Source of the DNA: Trypanosoma brucei
Lineage: Eukaryota
Direction: 5' to 3'
NCBI GenBank assembly: GCA_000002445.1
Contig: CM000208.1
Span: 2,976,001 to 3,040,000, forward strand
DNA length: 64,000 bases
Of the stretch, positions 43,919 to 56,497 are shown piece by piece. The stretch's first letter is position 1. Each line of letters begins with the position of its first letter. The notes beneath the pieces are model-generated. The model worked only from the letters and a program-made list of their open reading frames with translations. It was not told the origin of the DNA and did not search any database. A program made the position numbers and the translations under genes.

Positions 43919-45920
43919 GGAGGCACACTACAATATTTTCTATTATTTGCTCTGTGACTAGTAAACCACAACGAAGCAACAATTTGTAAAAGAGAGAGGA
44001 AGGAAAAAGAAAAAGGCAGCTTGTAGAAATAAAGTGAACGTGAGAGTAGTTCAACGGCAGCTCGGGGAGTTGAGAGAGAGGGGGAAAAGTAACACAAGGT
44101 AATTACCAACAAGAAACTCCAAAAATGAAGCAGAGATAGTCCAAACACATAGCTCTCCCTCTTTTTATCTCGGTTTGTTGTCTTCTGTTGGTGACTCGCG
44201 TCTTTTGTTTTTGTTTTCGCGTCAAACTTTGCTTTGCTTTGTTTTTTTATTATATTTTGTTATTTTTTTTTCTGTTTTTTTTTTTGCTTATTTGCTCTTC
44301 CCACTTATCCTCTTCTGTTCCTCAATTATTTTTTTTTGTTGGAGCGCAATAATATAAGTCAATCAAATAATAAAATGGAGGTGTTGAGGAAAAGCAAAGG
44401 AAGAAGGGTAGTGGCGGCGTATAGAGGGAGTACGTAGAAAATAAAACGAAAAATAATGAAAACAACAAAACAAAAACAATGATGATAATGGTAATACATA
44501 TAAGTAAATAAATATAAATAAATATAAATAAATAAACATATATATATATATATATGTATGTGGAGAAACGGGATGAAAAAGGTGGGGAAATCGCTACTGT
44601 TGATTGCAACAAGCCCCAACCACCCGGCTACCGTGCATCAACAAAGGAAGAACACGAAATAATGCAAATAAAAGTTAATGTCGACTGTAACAAATAAAAT
44701 AAAAGAGGACAGGTGGAAATGAGTTTTTCAAATCTTTTATTTTTGCGTCTTCAAATTGTTTTATTCGACACAGTTTGACGCCTGATTGTTTGCTTTTCCC
44801 ATTTTCACTCTTTTCTTTTTCCTGCCGTGCACTCAATTGACAGAAGATGGGGGAGTGGGAGAAAAAAAATACAGTGAGAAAAAAAAAAAACAACGAACAA
44901 CAGCAAAAAAAAAAAAAAGATCCACAAGTGTAACGCACGGCAACTGTGGCGCACATGCATGTCCCCACACACATATATAAATAAATAAATAAATATATGA
45001 ATGGTTGCGTCACAATACGGCACTGCTGTTGGTCTTTAACAGCGAAAAAAAAAAAACAGTGATAATGTTGAGGACGCAAGTGAAACGAGTAAGCGGCTCG
45101 ACAGAGTGAACTAGGGAACAAATGAAAAAAAAAAAAAGCAGCCAGCACTAAAGAGAATAATGACTGTAACAAACAGTAAATCCGGTTACTCGTCATTTTC
45201 CTCCTTTTCTTCTTGTTGAATTTGATGTTGTTTTCCCTTCGTTCTTCCTCCCTCTTTTTTTTTCTTTTTCTTTTTTTTAAACTCAATAAGACAAAGTCAC
45301 TTCATTCCCAATGAATGTAGTAATAACAACTGTACCACACTTGTTTTTACCCGGTGTTGTTTATTCGTGATTCCCCTTGTTGTGTTTATTTTTGTTTTAT
45401 GCTTAAACTTCAATTTAAGCAGAAGAAAAAGCGGATGATTTCCCTTCCTTCTGTTTTTTAATGCCTTTTTCTTCTGTTTTATTTTTTTTTAATTACTTTT
45501 AACTGTTGTTATTGTTTTCTTTTTGTTCGACCCTCATGAACCTGAGAGGTTTAATTTTTCTTAACAACGAAAAAAAAAAACATCATCTTGAAGCCGGTAT
45601 TGTTGTCATATTACCGTCGGTGTAACACATGTTACGACAATGATTATAAAATACCCTTCGATTATTTACTTCTACATTTACCCTCCCCAATCCCAATCAA
45701 TCCCTTTTGTTTTTCTTTTGCGTCTTTTTTCCTTTTCCTTTTTCTTTTTCTTCTTTCGTTTGACTACTTCCAACATTTCCTCTTCCTTTTCTTGTTTCTT
45801 ATTTGTGTATTATCATTCTTCTCACTTCATTTCTTCATCTGCCTCATCTCATTTAACTCACCTTTCTTTTCCAAACCCACATTTTGAGTATTTTCTTTTT
45901 TTTGTTTTCCTTTTTTCTTC

Positions 45921-45921
<1 letters not shown>

Positions 45922-45959
<38 letters not shown>
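45922..45959. repeat. (TA)19 dinucleotide microsatellite, followed by a degenerate (TA/TG) tail.
   Basis: Direct read. Confidence 0.95.
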
Positions 45960-45965
<6 letters not shown>

Positions 45966-46812
45966 TACCTATATATGTATTTGTATTTGTGTGTTTGTAT
46001 GTTTTATTTTTTGTTCTTCCCCCCTCCTGGCTGTATCTTTCCCTATTTCCTCCATGCAATAATTCGATACGATGACAACAACCTGAAGGAGGTGTGGATT
46101 AACCAAAAGGGTTAATTTATTATTTGTTTCTTTTCTTTTTTTTTTGTGTGTGTGCGTATTTATGTGTGTCTGTGATTCCTGTTTTTCCTTTTCATCCCTT
46201 TCCTTTTCTCCTCCTGTTTTTTCTTTTTTAAATATGGAAGGGTAAAGGAAGGAATGTGAAATGAACACAACGGTGGACCACCGCTGCTAAACTACTCTCC
46301 CGCAGAGACACTACAAAAACGGTAAGAGACGCTACACAACTCTCGCTTCAGCACCGCGGCGAAATGCTCAAAAAAACAAAAAACAACAACAACAACAAAA
46401 AGAAGAAAAAAGAAAACGATGTGTGCACACTTCTTCAGAAAGGCTCAGGGTGGCGGAATAAAGGGGTTGAGGAAGAGATGCAAAAAAAAAAAAGAAGGAG
46501 AAAAGAGCCAGTACGATATCAAACTTTAAGAAGCACATCTCCCCTGACTTCCTGCCTGACCCGGTTTGTTCAGCATACACACACGACACTTCAAAATAAA
46601 AAAAAGGAGGGGGGGGGGAGGAAAGCGAAGTACTAATAACGAAGAAAGAAAAAAAACAAAAAAAAAGGCACGAAGGTAGTGACATGAGGCGCTACTTCCC
46701 AACAAATAAGATAGAAAAAAGTTTTCCCCATCACGATGAATACAATTCACCAGAAAAGCTGGTGGTACAACACATGATGCCATGCGGGCAGAGGCATTAC
46801 AACACGTGGTGT

Positions 46813-48237
46813 TTACCTCGCGTATGGCCAATTTAAAGGAACAGTGCCATCGTGTCCGGGTATTTGAGAGTTGTATAACTGCCATACATCCCCCAACGGC
46901 TGCGGCCGTGGCTGTTGAATGGTTCCGGTGCAACGTCGCTGCCCTGCGCCAAGAGTTACCACCGTGCTCAAAAACGAGCCATCAAAAACAGGTTGAACCG
47001 CCACTGCTTCAGCAGCGCCACGGGGGAGGAAAAGTAACGTTCCCACCGCAGCGGGATCATCCAACTGAGGAGACGGAGCAACGGTAATTGTCCGCGGAGC
47101 CGCTGCCTGTTGTGCCATGATGGAGACAAGTTGTGAGAGAAGAGTATTCATTTGATCTTGTGGAACTGTTCTGCCCGTTGTAGCGGAAGCATATCCAGTG
47201 CCGCAAACCCCCGCTGTTCTTAATGCGGCAAGTATTTCTTGGGTATTGGTGTCTCCCATTGGCGGTGTAGTGGCGGAGGGGCTACGTGGCCCTGAAGTTG
47301 GCTTCTGAGGGGCATTTTGTGGGAGACCACATGTTCCATTTAATCCTTGTCGAAGCGCCATTTGCACAACGGGACTTGGTTCAAAGGAGGGTGAACTAAC
47401 GTTGGGCACCCACCCGGATCCTCCATCGTGTCGACCTTCTTCTGGTGCTTTCCTCATCCCTGCGCTATGTTCTTCTTTATTGAAACCGCTGCCGTTATTT
47501 CCAACGACACTCTTTTTCCCCTTGATATTGTTGGAGTGCTGAGGAGATGTGCATGCTGAGGCATTTGGTTCAGCAACAACCTTTGGTGCACGCTTGAAGG
47601 CACCTTGTGCGTTTGGATCAACGCAAACAACATGGATAAAATTGCATCGTTCCCCAGTAAAACAGGTTTGGTTCGTTTCAAAGTACTTGCAGCGGATCAG
47701 CGGCTCAGCAATGTCATGACGGGCACAAGCTCCGCGCGTGTTAAGAACTTGTTCACTGGGGATTAAATTTACGGTAGTCATATCAGCGGAAAGAACCTCC
47801 AAAACTTCTCCGGCTGGTAGCCGTTCGTATGTACATTCACTCTCGTGGCGCCATATGTAATTCACATGAATGGGATGCGTCTCCAACGTGTTGTAATCAA
47901 CATCGGCATGAACAAATTTGCAACCGCTACCCATGGTGCATGAACTCGGCTCATATGATTTATAATTGCGGCAGGCCACCAACCGGGTAATATTCAACCG
48001 TGCTGATGGCATGTGCACTATGAGATGTGAAGGAACCTCATACAAACACTTAAACTCGGCGTCAAATACTTTTGTTAAATTAGCATTCGCACAGTTCTCG
48101 GTGCTGACACTCAACGGAAAATTTGTGCTTCCACACAACTCATTGCTTTGTTTCCATTGTTCCCAAATTTCATCAATTGCCCACATCGGCAACAACTCGT
48201 TGTCCATACTGTCCCCCTCGATAATATCCATCGTCAT
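46813..48237 (-). CDS. CCCH zinc-finger protein, paralogue A of a tandem family (474 aa). It has two CCCH fingers around a conserved HPIHVNYIWRHE core and a long S/P/G/Q-rich tail.
   Basis: Finger 1 CRNYKSYEPSSCTMGSGCKFVHA (C-x10-C-x5-C-x3-H), finger 2 CKYFETNQTCFTGERCNFIHV (C-x8-C-x5-C-x3-H). Family identity rests on domain-level similarity to the ORFs at 52670, 56498 and 61528. Confidence 0.7.
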   Translation of the reverse strand: MTMDIIEGDSMDNELLPMWAIDEIWEQWKQSNELCGSTNFPLSVSTENCANANLTKVFDAEFKCLYEVPSHLIVHMPSARLNITRLVACRNYKSYEPSSCTMGSGCKFVHADVDYNTLETHPIHVNYIWRHESECTYERLPAGEVLEVLSADMTTVNLIPSEQVLNTRGACARHDIAEPLIRCKYFETNQTCFTGERCNFIHVVCVDPNAQGAFKRAPKVVAEPNASACTSPQHSNNIKGKKSVVGNNGSGFNKEEHSAGMRKAPEEGRHDGGSGWVPNVSSPSFEPSPVVQMALRQGLNGTCGLPQNAPQKPTSGPRSPSATTPPMGDTNTQEILAALRTAGVCGTGYASATTGRTVPQDQMNTLLSQLVSIMAQQAAAPRTITVAPSPQLDDPAAVGTLLFLPRGAAEAVAVQPVFDGSFLSTVVTLGAGQRRCTGTIQQPRPQPLGDVWQLYNSQIPGHDGTVPLNWPYAR

Positions 48238-51200
48238 CCAGTGGGTCGGGAGGTGTCACCTCACCCTTCTTTTTTTCTTTTATTTTTTTGCCTTCTGTGG
48301 TAAAACCACACCTTCCCTTCACAATTATTGTTTCCTTTCCCTTCCTTTTTGGTTTACACTATTTTTCTTCGCTTATTCACTGTAACTTTGGTCACTTTTC
48401 ACGCCTTCAGTTTGTCTCTCACCTCGTTGACCTTCAACCGCGCAAATGTGAAAAGGGGAAAGGACGTCAAAAGAAAAAAAAGAAGGGTGAGGTGAGGTTG
48501 AAACATACAAACACACACACACATATATATATATTAGTCGAGCTACCGAGGCATTTATTTTTTGTATTCAGCAGCAAATACTTAAATGCACATTTCCATA
48601 CTGTGTAACATAACACAAAGTATTATCACATGCATATGCATAAGCAGAAAGACAAATAAATACATTTAATTGCCAGCTTGCCATTCGCAAGTTATTTAAG
48701 GTTCCTCCTTTTTTTTCTTTTTTAGGAGGAGGAGGAGAACATTCCGTTAGTTTTCATCACACCAATTGCGTCCATAACCGACGTTTAGTCACCGCAAATA
48801 CGACATTTCCCCCCGTTTCTGCACGTCATTTACTATATATATATATATACAAATTATACTATATGCATCTAACTGTACAAAATAAAATATAAATGGATAA
48901 CTAAAAAACAAAAAAGAATAATTATACGGAGAGAGAGAGAAAGAGAGAGAGCGCGTATGTGAAACGTTTATTTGAGATGAAAAGTGACTCATGTCGACTC
49001 AATTAAACCATCATGAGAGGGGGGGGGAAGAAATAATTAAATAAAAAACAACAAATCACAGAAACAAAATAATGTTAAAAAAGAAAAAAAAAGAAAACAT
49101 TGGAAAAAAATGAAGTGTAGGAACAAAAAAAATGTTGGAAAAAACGACGAAATAAACAAAGTACGTAAAAAAAAAATAAGCAAATAAATAAATGGTGTGG
49201 AGCTTTTTTTTTTTTGATGAAAATAGGAAGGGATACTGAAAAAACATACCAAGAAAAAGAAAAAAAAGGCAAAAAAAATAATCCCAATAAATAAAATCAA
49301 GTAAAGGAGATAGAGAGGGGAATGAAAATAATGAAAAAAAAAAGATCCAAACGACCCACTGAAAAAGAGAAAAGACGAGGGCAAAAGCAAAGGCAAAGGA
49401 GGAAGAAGGTGACAGAGACAGTTTCAAAAAATAAAAAAAAATAAAAAGGGGAGGAGGGGAATTAGTTGGTGGAGTGGAGTGTAGGAGGAATAAAAAAGAA
49501 AAGAAGAATGGAAGGAAGGAAGGAAGGGAAGTAAAGAAAAAAAAAGAAGGTAAAATAATATAAGTAATATAAATGATATAATTATATACGCACATGTCAG
49601 GCAGCTTCAAAAATAAATAAACAAACAAATAAACAGAAAGAAGGGGACAAAAAAAAGTTTTTTTAAAAAAAATTATGATATAAAGATAAAATGAGTAAGG
49701 GGTTCGAGTTATATAAAAATGGTGGAAGCGACCGCAACGCGTTGAGGCCCCGAATGAACGGAATGAAAATTACCGGCAGTGCTGCTGATTTCACACACAC
49801 ACCACACACCACACACGCAAAAAGAAAAAAATAAATAAAAATAAAAATAGACAGACAAACAACAGCCACACAAACAAACACTTCCCGTAGATTAGAGAGT
49901 ATAAAAAGGTACCAACTTATAAATTCCGTGGCCCGTATTCACGTTGAAGGAAAACAAAAATATATATTAATATTATTAATAAGTAATGAAAAATGTGCGG
50001 GTGGTAGGTGAAGAGACAATAAATTGGCATAATGAAAACTCACATAATTCTACTCGCTTCCCACATATTCGCCGCAGAAATACGCGCATAAAAATACGCG
50101 ACAGTGAAATCAGGCGTGTCAGTGGTTGCGTTAGTTCGTATTTATTTTTTCTTTTTTCTTGTTTTGTCTTATTTTTCTTTTTATCTTACTTGACTTTTGC
50201 TTTGGCATCAAAGAAGGATTGGAAAATTATGTGGGGAGGGGAGAAACGAGGATAATAATAATAATAATAAAGGGAAGGGAGTGACAATGGGAAAAGGTAA
50301 ACAAGAGGGGAAACTAAGTTAAAGTAATAAAAATATGAAAGTAAAGGGTAAAAAGTCGACACAACAAAAATGAGAACGTGTGTAAATTAGTGGCCCATTT
50401 AAAAACTTAAAGAAAGAGGGAAAAAAAGAGTAAAGTAATGTTTATTTGTTCGCTGCGTATTTATTGGCAAGTTGAACGATGCAAAAATAGGAGAGAAATT
50501 ATGTTGGGGCATAGGGAATAGTTGCTCCGCCTCCCCACCCTCTTTAGAACCATCAGCATCGTGTTTTGTTCTCTTTTTTTTCTTTTTTTTTTCATTTTAA
50601 AGGTTTCTTGTAAATGTTGCTATAGTATATAATGAAAGGTAATAATCCCACAAAAATAAATGCAAACATTTATATATTCATACATTCACACAAAAACACT
50701 GCTTTTCGGAGTTGGCGGAGGGATATGAGCGTTTTTAAAACCACACGTATGCGTTAGCGGAAGATGATACGCACAAAATAAAGTTTAAAAGAAAGGAATT
50801 GGGTAAAAACAAAAAGAAAAACAGAAACAAAAAAGGAAGGGAAGGGAAGGGAAGGGGAAAAAGAAAAGAGAAAAAGGGATGATGCATGCCCGGGGAAACA
50901 TATAAATGGATATGCAAATATATAAACATATATGCAAGTGTCAGATCATATAAAAATGCAAACATATATAAGTGTCAGGTCATATAATGACTTAAACAAA
51001 CACATATATAAATTTATATACATTAATTTACTTATACATATTTTTTTTTTAAAAAATAACAAAAATAGTTTAGGGAGGAGTAAGACAAAGACGATAAGGA
51101 AACAAAAAAAAATATTCAAACACAAAGCTCAAGTGTCACATTATTTCATTTCATTTCATTTCTTTTGTTTTGTTTTTTTTCTTTTTTTAAAAAATACCAC

Positions 51201-52669
51201 CTTTTTTTTCTTTCCTTTCCTCCTCTTTTTCTTTACCTTTTTTTTCTTTCAAAAATGGGGTAGTGAAAAGAAGCGTCGAAGGAAATTATATTGATAATAA
51301 TTAAACACTAAAATGAGAGAAAATAAGTAAATAAACAAAAAAAGCAATCACAACATGATGAGATGAGGTGTACATAAGGGGAAACTCATGTCAGTCGTGT
51401 TTTGCCTTGTTTGACCCCGGTCATACGTGTAGAAGTGGAGAAATAAAAATAACGATAAGAAAAAAAAAGAAAAGAAAAAGAAACAACACGACACAGAACA
51501 AGTAATGTTACGTATATGTTTTTTCTTTTGTTTTCAACACACCAAAACAAAATAAATAAATAAAAGAGGGGGCGTAAGGTTGAAACTAGTTATGCGTATT
51601 ATCATTCGGAAATGGAAGCGACGAAATGTTTAAAGGAAAATAAGTTAATTAAATAATAGAAAAATGGAGGGAAATGCGGAAAAGCTCTCGTCATTGGCCT
51701 ACATTTCATATTTGACCTCGAGGCACGTTATTTTTCTTAAAATTTTTGTGTTATAAATGCCGAAACGACAACGCCAATAATTATGGTTGTATAATGTGAA
51801 AGGAGTTAAAACCAATAGGAAAAAAAGACAAAAATCAGAAAAAAAAAGAAGGAGGATGGAGGGAGAAAAACAAAACAATATATCAGTAATAATTCAACAA
51901 ATAAAACGCTCCTCAAAAAGTCAAATATGTCTCATAATCGGTACCCTTCTACAACATATAAAAAAAACCAATTCCCCACAGTCGTATAGTTCGTGGCTAT
52001 TTTCTTTGCCTTATATTCAAGTTTCTCCATCTTTTTTTTCCTTTTCACATAAACCACAAATGTATGCACATACACGCCGATGAAGAGCCCTCTTTACCCC
52101 TCCCCCCCTTTTTTTTTTAAAAAAGAAAATTTAGTTCTTTCTTCATCCCATGAATCCGCTCAAATAAATAAGTAGAAAGACAAACCAAAGACAAAAAAAA
52201 ACTTAAAGACAATCCCAATAAAAATAAATAAAATAATAAAAAAATATATACTTATTATCTTATATTATTTCCTCCACCCCCTTTTTTTCCCCCACTGTCT
52301 TGTCTCCCCTCTCCACTCCAAAACCCACGCAATGTCCCCCTTTCCGTTGTCATATTTCCTTCATCAGTTATCCTCTTGCTTCGTATTTCTCTTTCAATTC
52401 ATACGTGCACTCGTATATTTTATTGTACTTACTCATAACCATATATATAAAGATATGCTTGTACGTTTGTTTATACGCACATAGGTTATACACAAAGGGG
52501 AAGTCAAAAGGCAGAGAGACGAGTAACGAGAAAGAAAGAGAAAGAGAGAGGAATAGAGAAGGAGAAAATAAAAAGGCACACATATACAAACATATATATA
52601 TATATATATAAATGTTTGTGTGCTTGTGTGTATATGTATGCATTGCTGTATGGATTGAAATATTCATCT

Positions 52670-53620
52670 TTATGACCTGCAGAGAACAGGATAGTAAGGA
52701 TTATGGCAATATGAAGCGGGCCGTGAGTTGGTTGCCATGGCGCTCCGTCTGGAGACTGAAGCATCGCTGAAGGCTGCAACAAGTGTCGGTCGGCTCTTCA
52801 CGACGGTACTCGTGCGGACGCGTGCGGTCACTCGGCATCGTGGAATTACGCTGCATGTTGCTGGAAGTGGCTCACCAGCGGCATCTACACGAAAAGACAA
52901 GGCGGTGTAACCGCCTGCTCCCATGGATAACGCTGGCGCCTCACGCTCCGGTGACGAAATGCAGAAGTCGCTTAACATCGGAGTCCCGCTTGCAAACGTA
53001 CGCGGCATCTTTTGAGAATCCGTGGCACTCGCGACTGCAGGGGACCTCGGCGTTGGAGTTACGGCTGCGGTACGGGCGGGTGCCCGTTTAAAGTCACCCA
53101 CAACAGTCGGGTCAACACAAAGTGTATGAATAAAACTGCATCGCTCGCCACGGCTGCACATTCGGTTGGTTGTATAAAGAGGGCAACGCATCAGTGAGTG
53201 CGGGAGTGCATTATGGTGTGCCACTGACCCGCGTGTGACGAGGACAAGTTCGCTGGAAATAAGTTCATGCTCTTGAGGGTTTTCCTGTGAGCAAACCTCC
53301 AAAACGTCTCCAGCTGGTAGCCGTTCGTACGTGCAATGGTCCTCATGGCGCCATATGTAATTCACATGAATGGGATGCGCCTCCAGCGTGCTGTAATCAA
53401 CATCGGCATGTACGAAGCGACAACTTTCCTCCTTTGCGCAGGAGTTTGGAACGCCAGATCTGTAATTGCGGCAAATCACAAGGCGGGAGATATTCAACCG
53501 TGCTGGTGGAACATGTAAAACAAAGTGGGCGGGCACCAGGTAAAGGTACTTGAAGTTGGGATCAAATACCTCCATGACGCCGTTTTGAACGTATTTGGCG
53601 CGATTGTCCTGCGATGACAT
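52670..53620 (-). CDS. CCCH zinc-finger protein, paralogue B (~317 aa from MSSQDNRAKY). The ORF tracker start at 53887 reads through a poly-pyrimidine 5' region.
   Basis: Carries VFDPNFKYLYLVPAHFVLHVPPARLNISRLVICRNYRSGVPNSCAKEESCRFVHADVDYSTLEAHPIHVNYIWRHEDHCTYERLPAGDVLEV and a second finger CPLYTTNRMCSRGERCSFIHT. About 85-90% nucleotide identity to paralogue A across the core. I verified the ATG at 53618-53620 by hand. Confidence 0.7.
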   Translation of the reverse strand: MSSQDNRAKYVQNGVMEVFDPNFKYLYLVPAHFVLHVPPARLNISRLVICRNYRSGVPNSCAKEESCRFVHADVDYSTLEAHPIHVNYIWRHEDHCTYERLPAGDVLEVCSQENPQEHELISSELVLVTRGSVAHHNALPHSLMRCPLYTTNRMCSRGERCSFIHTLCVDPTVVGDFKRAPARTAAVTPTPRSPAVASATDSQKMPRTFASGTPMLSDFCISSPEREAPALSMGAGGYTALSFRVDAAGEPLPATCSVIPRCRVTARVRTSTVVKSRPTLVAAFSDASVSRRSAMATNSRPASYCHNPYYPVLCRS

Positions 53621-56497
53621 ATTTCCACTTCCTTGTCTTTTCTTTTCCTCCCTTTTTTTTTCTCCTGCTTTCCTTTTGCAAGCGTTTCCTGTTGTCACGT
53701 TCAAACCGTTATCCGCTGTGCGATGCTTACTTTGTTTTAACTTTAAGAAACTGAAGATGAGTGTATTCGGCTTAACTTTGATATTTAAACCAAACCAGGT
53801 TTGCAAAAAATAAAAAAAGGGGGGAAAAAATTGAAATCCATGAATATGCTTCAGAAAGAGAAACAGATAAGAAAAGTATGCACACAAACCTTTTTATAGT
53901 TTAACTTTCCAGTTTCCCTTTTCTCCTGGTCTGTTGGATGGGGAGTGCGGTGCCAATGTTAACACACTTCCCTCCCCCTCCCCTCCCTAACAAAAACAAA
54001 AAAAAAACAAAAAAAACAAAAAGACGAGAGAAAGATGGAGAGAGAAAAAAAGAAAAAGAAAAACGCTGTAAATTCCGTTTTTATTCCTTCTTAACCCTCC
54101 TAATGTAGAAAAAATAAAATTTAAAGAAAAAATCTCCTGAATAAGTAAACGAAAAAGGAAGAGAATGGGGGAAAAAAATAATTAAAAAGCCCCCGGTAAA
54201 AAAAATAAAATAAATACTCCACTAACGAACGATTTCGCCCTCACAGGCATATTTTTCTTTTGTTTTTTTTTTAAAACTTTTCCTACCTCTCCATTACACT
54301 TCTCTGTTTTAATTAATCACTTTGGCCTCTTTTTTTTCTTTTTAACACCCTCTCGTTTCGTTTAGTTCGAGCTGTTAAATTAAACTTAAAAAAGAAAAAA
54401 AAGGAAAAAAAAATCACGCTCACAAATGTTAAATGTGTTGCCGCAAGTCGAAGAGAAATAAGAAAGAGGAAGTAAAAAAGGGATAAAAAGACAATAAAAT
54501 CCAAAATAAAAAAAAGTGAAGGTAAAAAGAGTTTTTCCCCTTCACAAAGTGAACCAACTAAATTAAAAAAAGCTGATAATAATAATAATAAACTAAGAGT
54601 AGAAAAAAAAGGTTTTCTCCCACATAAATCCATTTAATAATAATAACCATCATCATCATCGAAAGAAAAGAAAAAAGTATAATGAAATAAGTGAAGAAAA
54701 ACAATAAATAAAAATAAAAAAGAAAAAAAAAGACAAGAAAACAAAACAAAACAAAATGCAAACAAAGAAACGAAATAAAACTAAAAAATTAAGACGACGT
54801 GAGTGTGCTCTGTGTTTGCAGCTTGTGCAACTACACTGTGTGGGATATCCAACACCATATGGTATCTTACATATGGTTTGGTACATATTTTTCACATAAA
54901 TGTAGCAGAAACACATTTAAAGCATCATCTTTCTTTTTTTTTTTGTTATTGTCCCCCTTCTTTCCCTCTTTTCACACACCACCTTCATCTAACGCACATT
55001 TTAAATCCATTTACATGCACATGTATGCATTTAATTCACTTTCATTCGTTAATTTATTCAATCATACACATATATTCATATATGTATATTCTTTTCATTT
55101 TCCTATCTCTCTATCTCTCTATTTCTTGCCATTCAGTTTTTAATGTCCATCAGGTACCGGTAACTTTCATAAAATTATAAACAGTTATTGTATGAAGGAA
55201 AATCAGAAAGTGTCGGAGGAGGGGAAATAATAAATGAAAGAGAATTCCCTTTTTCATTTTTTTTTCAAAAATAAAAAAAAATGAATTACTTCAATACATA
55301 AACTTAAGCTAATCGAAACAACTGCAGCCACAAAAACCAAAGGAGAGTTTGTTTTTTTTTTTAAAAAAAAAGAAAATTTGAGGGAAACGAACAAAATAAC
55401 AAAACAAAAAATTTTCTCTTCCCAACTTTTATGACGTAACGTAATGACAAATAAGCATAATTTTAAAAGGAAATAAAATGGGACAGGGGGAAAAGGCTGA
55501 GTAAGCTCAAATGATAAATCACAGTGATATAAAAATCAGTGTATCATCAGGAAAACAATAAAAAAAAAGACTAAAACAAGGGCGTTAGTACAGGAGTGAA
55601 AATAAATCCCGCTGCATTCCCATTTAAAAAAAATGAATAAACAATACATGAGGAGTAAAGAAAAAGGAAGTGAAAATATATATATATATATATATATATA
55701 ATTATTTTTTAAAAAAGAACGCACTCCATCGAAAAGAAATGCGGAAAGTGTGGGAAGAAATCGGTACAGGAAGAAAAATAAAATGCACATGGTTGTGGCC
55801 AGTGCCCAAGTGATACAAAATGATTCAAAGAAAAAAAAAGAAAGAAAGAAGAAAGAAGAGAAACTAAAGACGGATGCGACGTAAGGCCCGTAGGAACTTG
55901 AATCCGCTTTTCTCTTCTTCTTATTTTCTTTGTGCATCATTTTCTCCTCGCGGAATAAATATGGGTACAAATATATATATATAGATAGATAGATACATAT
56001 ATAAGTAAACGTAAAAACAAAACAAAACTCAAGGTGAGGTGTCACAGCGCATTAGATCTTACTATATTATTATCATTAATATATTTTTTTTTAAAAAAAG
56101 GAAATGAAAAAGCATAAATGAATTCGGCGTTACGCCCACTCTAAAACGTTTCATAATGAAACAAACGAAATGACGCATAAAAGAAGTCACTCAAACCAAC
56201 CCAAAACCTTTAAAGGCCCATGGCCGCCGATAACATTCGATATCTCGATAGTATTAATTTAACGAACGGTAAACAAACTAAAAAAAACCACAAACTAAAA
56301 TAATGTGCGATAAAAAGGGTTTAAAAGAACATGAATAAGAAAAGATAAACTAATAAGTTTATTATTAACAATATATGAGAGTAAAATAAAGGAAAAGGAA
56401 CGAAATAGAGAGTTAAAAAAAAGTGGGGAAAAAGACGCACCTCCCACCGAACAACTCATCACTGGTTACAATTAAACTCAGCGAATATTATCCTCAT

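Noticed and set aside
44675-45286. 203-codon and 190-codon (49056..49628) minus-strand ORFs in the CCCH spacers; a similar 197-codon ORF at 24767..25360.
   Set aside because: Their translations are homopolymeric (KKRKRKKK, FFFFF, LLL) because they span poly(A), poly(T) and microsatellite DNA. There are no domain-like segments.
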